This document shows positions 58,086 through 64,000 of a stretch of 64,000 bases of DNA, piece by piece. Source of the stretch: Camelus dromedarius (Eukaryota); NCBI RefSeq assembly GCF_036321535.1, contig NC_087449.1:60760001-60824000 (forward strand). Direction: 5' to 3'. The translations under genes and the position numbers were made by a program. The notes under the pieces were generated by a model. The model had not been told where the DNA came from, did no database searches, and worked only from the letters and a program-made list of their open reading frames with translations. The first letter of the stretch is position 1, and each line of letters begins with the position of its first letter.

Positions 58086-59644
58086 CTATGGCCAAGAGGT
58101 CTGCTTCCATCTTTGCAAAAAAAAGAAAAAGCAATAACAACAACAACAACAAAACAGCAACAGAGCGCACCAGCATCACCTTCTCGTGAGCTCTGGCTCC
58201 AGGAGGCGGTCTGTGCTCCTGCCCGAGCCCAGCTGGCGGGGCCCGTGTGCCTGTGGCATTTCGGGGCACCTGGTGACCTTCAGCTGCCTGCTTCTGCATC
58301 TGTTTGCTCAAGGTGTTCTAAGGCCTCTGGAGCCTGCTCTGCTCAGGAGTCTGCCAGGTGAAACAGCCTCCAGCCAAGGACAGGGGAGGCGAGAACACAG
58401 CCCAGGCCCTCCCACCTCCGGTGGGCACCCGACGCAGGTGACCACGCTGCTCCCAGCATCCCCTGCAGAATTAAGCTCCGGTCGCCCGCTGTGCCCGCTG
58501 GCTGACAGCCCAGCCATCACCTGCTTTCTTCCCTTTCCCATTTAACTGCTGTTGTGTCTTGGGATCATCTCTCAAATAAACCGCCTGCAGCAGAATCCTA
58601 GTCTTGGGATCCGCTCCGGGAAAACGCAAACTAAGACACCTGCATTGCCTGGAATCATCACAGCAACCCTGCAAGGCAGTTACTAGTAAGACTCCTACGT
58701 CACAAAGGCAGAAATTGAGGTTCAGAGAGGTCCAGTGACTTGCCTAAAGTCACCCAGCTAAGAAACAGCAGATCCAGAAGTGGGTCTAATGCTGCCTGGT
58801 TCTAGAACTGGATATTGTAGCCTTTCTACCACTTGTTCTCATACCTTAGTATGGGGGAAAAAGTCACTCATTTTTGAAAAATTCTGCCATAAAAGCCCTG
58901 GGGCCACTAACAAGTCCAGACCTAGGGAGCGAATACCGCTGAAGCCTTGGGATGCACAGGGTATGAGATGGGGACGAGACAAGAGCCCTCCCCATCCTCC
59001 CTCTGCATCCCCAAGCCTGGGAACATCTCCCAACTCCTGGCTGCCTGTGCCTTCTGGCTTGATGGAAGCCAGGGGTGGGACAGAGACGTCAGCGGTAAGA
59101 AGCAGGGGGAAGGAAGGCAGAAAGAACAGTCTGAGGAGAAGAGAAGAGGAGGAAAGCAGGACTGTTCAGCCAGACCGATGTCCATCCAGAAGAGAGTAGA
59201 CCTCAGAGCTCTTTTACCCCTGCTCCAGGTGGCCCCTGATGTCCACATCAACCCCAGGGGGCAGGTGTGTTGCAGGCGTTCTTGCGTCAGGGGAAGGAGA
59301 GGCTGGGGGGAACACCTTACTCTAGGTCCCCAAGCTCGGGTGTGTGCAGGCTGGCCTGCCAAGGGGGGCCCACGGGTTGACCTCCAAGCCTTTGCTCCCA
59401 GAGACACATCCTCTGTGGGAAAAGGAGATTCTCCCCCAAAAAGAACTTTGCACTTCCACCCAGAGGTCCAGAGCCATTCGAGAGTATGCCCCGTATCAAA
59501 CAGAATCAGCGCCATACCTGGGATACAGTGTTGGCTGACCCTGGGTTACAAGTGTGGTAACAGCCTGGAAAGGTTGAGTGGGATTTTTAATGGCCGGCTT
59601 CCCAACCCTTAAGCCCCGTTTCTTTACTTTCTCCAAGTGGGTCA

Positions 59645-59818
<174 letters not shown>

Positions 59819-61682
59819 TCAATCTCCGAGGTGCCTCGAGTGCCTGGAAGGGGCTGAATACAAAGGCAAAGTGATCCCCAATCAGCGGTGGTCCGTGTGA
59901 TACCGGGTCCCAGCGAGGGCGGTAAGCACGCTCCTGAAAAATTCTTGAAACAAAAAATCCATCTGATGCACTTTCATTAAAAAGAAATATGTGAAGCAGA
60001 ACAAAGGCTCCCGGCTGGGTTTGCTTGGGGGCTGAAATACAATTTCTGTGAGGATGACACCTCTTCCTGCTCAAGTGTGCCCGTCAGCGTGAACCAGCGC
60101 TCTCGTGGACTTTTGATCTTTGGTGGAAAGAGGACAGGAGACTATTTATTGTGGGTTCAGGGATTCCCTGAGGACGAGGAAGGAGAGAGAGAGGAGGACA
60201 GCATGGTTGTCATTCTCTCACCAGCTTCCTGTAACTCCTGATGGAGGGAGGTGGGACCACATGAAGTGGTGTTCACGAGACCCTTTGTGGAGGGGTGGGC
60301 TTTGGGGCCCGTAAAACCAAGGGGGACACAGGGAGGGTGGGATGAGGACAGCCCCATCCCCCATTGCCCAGAGGGTGGGACATCTTTGGTAACTGAAGGA
60401 TCAGGGAGGCTGACAGGGAAGACGGTGTTACCCGGGAAGGGGTCCAGAGTGACGAGGGTGAGGTGCCTTGATGGCGGTCACGGGGAGAACACAGGATGGG
60501 TTCTGAGCAGGTGTGAGACATTCCAGCCCTGGGAAGGCATGGGGTGTGTGTGTGTGTGTGTTTGTGTGTGTTTTGGAGGCAGGAGGAAGAGCTGAAGTCT
60601 TGTGCGTTCCAAAGAGGGTTAAGAGCTTCAGTCTCTGGGCAGGTATTAATGTCATTTCACAGGCTTCTGAAGTCCAAGCTCCTCTTATGCAGGCTTTTGA
60701 AGGTTGAGTGTGTGTTTATTACGGGATAAAGAAAAATACTGGCAGGTTGCATGTCAAAAAAAAAAAAAGATTGTTGACCATCAGAATGGATATAACCATA
60801 CACGTGTGTGTATCTGTCTGTCTATCTGTCTATCCATCTAACCTCCTTGGCTGTAACTCTTCCGACATGAAGATGAACCTCTAAGACTCAAAGGGGTGCA
60901 CAGCTGACAAAGTGGACCAGAGAATGTGGAGCTGATTCTTCTCCCGGTCGAGGCTCCTGCTGTGTCTAGAGAGAGATCTTTCCACCAGGAGTCGTCAGTT
61001 AGAACTTTTCAGAACATGGAGGCCGAGTATCCGAGTATCTTTGCCCTTGTGACTTTGGTAACTGGTATTGTGCAAGGCTCAGGCTGGTGGTTTCCATTCT
61101 CTGAGAAGCTTTCTGAATCCCATCCATGCAGCTCATCAGCGCCTTCTTGTTTGTACGCTGCTTGACAGTGGTTTCTGGATCTCTCCATCCAGGGGTTTTG
61201 TTTCTCTGGAAATTGTCAGTTCCTGGAGGCTTGAGGGATGGACTTTGGGGTTGGGAGGGATCTTCAAGGTCTTTAGTCCAACCCCTTAACTTTTATGCCT
61301 CTCCAGGACTCCACTCTACCAAGTGGTCTCCACTGTTTGAAACCTGCTTATAATGCCCAGGAATGCGCTTGCCTTGGGCAGGCAAAGACAGCTAACCATA
61401 GCATTAGCTGGCTTTCCAGTGCCTCCCTATCTCCCAAGTGGGGAAGCAGAGGCACAGAGAGGTGACGTGACTTGCCCAGGGCCACGTGCCCGGAGAGTGT
61501 TGAGTTCGGATTTGAACACCGATCTACCCAGATCTTTCCATGACGCCAGCCTGACTTGCTAAAGAATCGAGAAACTCAGATAGCAGCAAGAAGAGCCCAC
61601 ACTCAGCTCCGCTTCCCAGGTCCTGACGATGTGGCCAGAGGCAGGGGTTGGGTCTGGAGCTCACACACGCTGGGGTACTCAC

Positions 61683-61767
61683 ATCAGGCGGTCGCACACT
61701 GTGTCTTTGGCCCTGCTCTCCACGGGAGGTGCCGCTGCGGGGCTCGGATGTGCTTCCCCCTCCTGGG
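61683..61767 (-). CDS. FHAD1: FHAD1 exon (AQEGEAHPSPAAAPPVESRAKDTVCDRL)
   Basis: TTCAG acceptor, GTGAGT donor, 85 bp; phases 1 to 2 fit both neighbours. Confidence 0.85.
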
Positions 61768-62484
61768 CTGAATCAGAGGGACACGCGGGCGTTACGACAG
61801 TCCTCATGAGACAGACGCACTCCGTCCCTTGTGCTTATCAACACACCTGCGTCTTTCCCAACGTGTAAACCCTCCCTCCCACCCCGCAGCCCTCTCTACC
61901 TGATGACAACCGCTGTGTGTTCTGTGTCCTCTCAACCCTCCTCAACTCCTGAAATCCTTCTAGCTGCCCTCTAAGGCAGGGGTCATCGACTCCACCGACA
62001 GATGAGGAAACGGGCACAGGAGTGAAGGAAACAGCTGGTGACCGCTCAGCTAAGTGGTGAGAGTTGGTGCCTCAACTCCTGGGTCACACCTCCTGCCCCA
62101 TTTCGTCCTCTCCGCTCAGACCAGTCTGTGCTGTCCTCACCTCCCACATCCTCAGCCCCTGGCCCTCAGTCACACTCTCACTCTCTCATTTATTCATTCA
62201 ACAAATATTTATGGAGCATCTGCTGAACAGCAGGCACGGATCTAAGTGTGGGGGACAAAGAGGTAGTCACTCTCAGGTCCCAGCTTAAACATCCTCCCTC
62301 TGACCTGTTCATTCCAGGCAGGCCCCCTGGCAGGGCAGTAATTTGGTTAAATGCAGGGACCCTGCCTGGCTGGTCCATCACTGACCTTCCAGTGCCTAGA
62401 ATGAGCTTGGGACATAGCAGATGCTCAGTTAGGAGTGCTGAGTGAACGAATGCATGAGGCTTGTCACTGGCTTGAGACTAGGAC

Positions 62485-62683
62485 CATGGTTCTCAACCAG
62501 GGACATCTGACCAGGTCTGGAGACATTTTTGGTTGTCCCACTGGGGTGGGGGTGGGGCTGGGGGCTATGGGCATCTTGTGGGCCAGGGACGCTGCTCAGC
62601 ACTGAACAGTGCACAGGACAGTCCCACAGCAAAGACCTCTCCAGCCCAAATGCCAACACCAGTGCCAAGGATGAGAAACCCTG
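62485..62683 (+). mobile_element. MER20 hAT-Charlie MITE
   Basis: catggttctcaacc...tctggagacatttttggttgtc...gccagggacgctgct...gagaaaccctg. Confidence 0.88.
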
Positions 62684-63206
62684 GCCCAAGGCCGCTACTT
62701 CCAGAACTCTCCTCCAAGAGCCCAGTGCCTTTAGTTTTCCGCGTTGCCGTGGTCATTCATGTCATTCAGGGGGAGTAAGTGCTCACAACTCTGAGTTCTT
62801 TTTTCACCCTCTTTTTTTTTTTTTTTTAAGAGATCAACCTCAGCTGGTTATGAAAGTGCATTAGACAATGTCACAAATTGCTGATGGCAGAGAGAAGCCT
62901 TTGAAAGGCCCCTACATGGGAGGTTTCCACATGGAAAAGATGCCTCCCGTCCTGCTGCCCTGATGCCCCTAACAGCCCCGGCAGCCTGTGCCTCTCGCTG
63001 GCTGACTGGCCAGACACAAAGGCTGTCCCCGTCCATTGCGTTACTTCTGCTTAACTGGGGCCTGGAGGGCGCCTGACGACGCTGTGTAACAAGAAGGAAA
63101 GGGGGCCTCCCTGGACAATAAAGGAGCTTTTAAGTGAGGCATAGACTTCCCTTGCCCATCGGCCTATGGGAACCCACAGGGTCATCAGAACCTGCCTTGA
63201 ACATTA

Positions 63207-63920
<714 letters not shown>

Positions 63921-64000
63921 TCTTGTAAGAAAAAGGCACATGAATTTGTATTTCTTAAAAACAAAAATTACCAGCAGTCCCCCCGATGGTGAGTCAGACG

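Noticed and set aside
60926-61165. Non-repeat segment tested as a missing FHAD1 exon
   Set aside because: All minus-strand frames close quickly, and the exons at 63236 and 61767 already join in phase

Overview
Mammalian genomic DNA, not prokaryotic: no operons, CRISPR arrays or rRNA/tRNA genes were seen. Three protein-coding genes lie on the minus strand in the order FHAD1 > EFHD2 > CTRC, matching the block I recall at human 1p36. FHAD1 contributes its last 13 coding exons (63461 down to the stop at 37270). EFHD2/Swiprosin-1 is complete in 4 exons (ATG 27445, stop 12706), but most of exon 1 is hidden in a 212-N gap. CTRC (chymotrypsin C) contributes exons 1-6 (ATG 5085); exons 7-8, carrying the catalytic Ser, are not in the window and presumably lie left of position 1. 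All visible exons were assembled by hand from GT/AG sites with consistent phases. Three tRNA-derived SINEs of the camelid Vic-1 type suggest a camelid (alpaca/llama/camel). The rest is MIR, L2, L1, MaLR LTR and hAT MITE remnants plus microsatellites. Nearly all ORF-track entries are spurious. I found no evidence of a wholly new multi-gene system. The best leads are small-scale: a tandem-duplicated, frameshifting 5' splice site in CTRC intron 1; a CTRC lacking both known N-glycan sequons; an NR5A2 motif cluster at the CTRC promoter; a triple CCAAT cluster; TE-derived RFX/FOX and CTCF motifs; and a candidate cryptic FHAD1 exon. Repeat family names, motif matches and comparisons with human are from memory and by eye, not from database runs.
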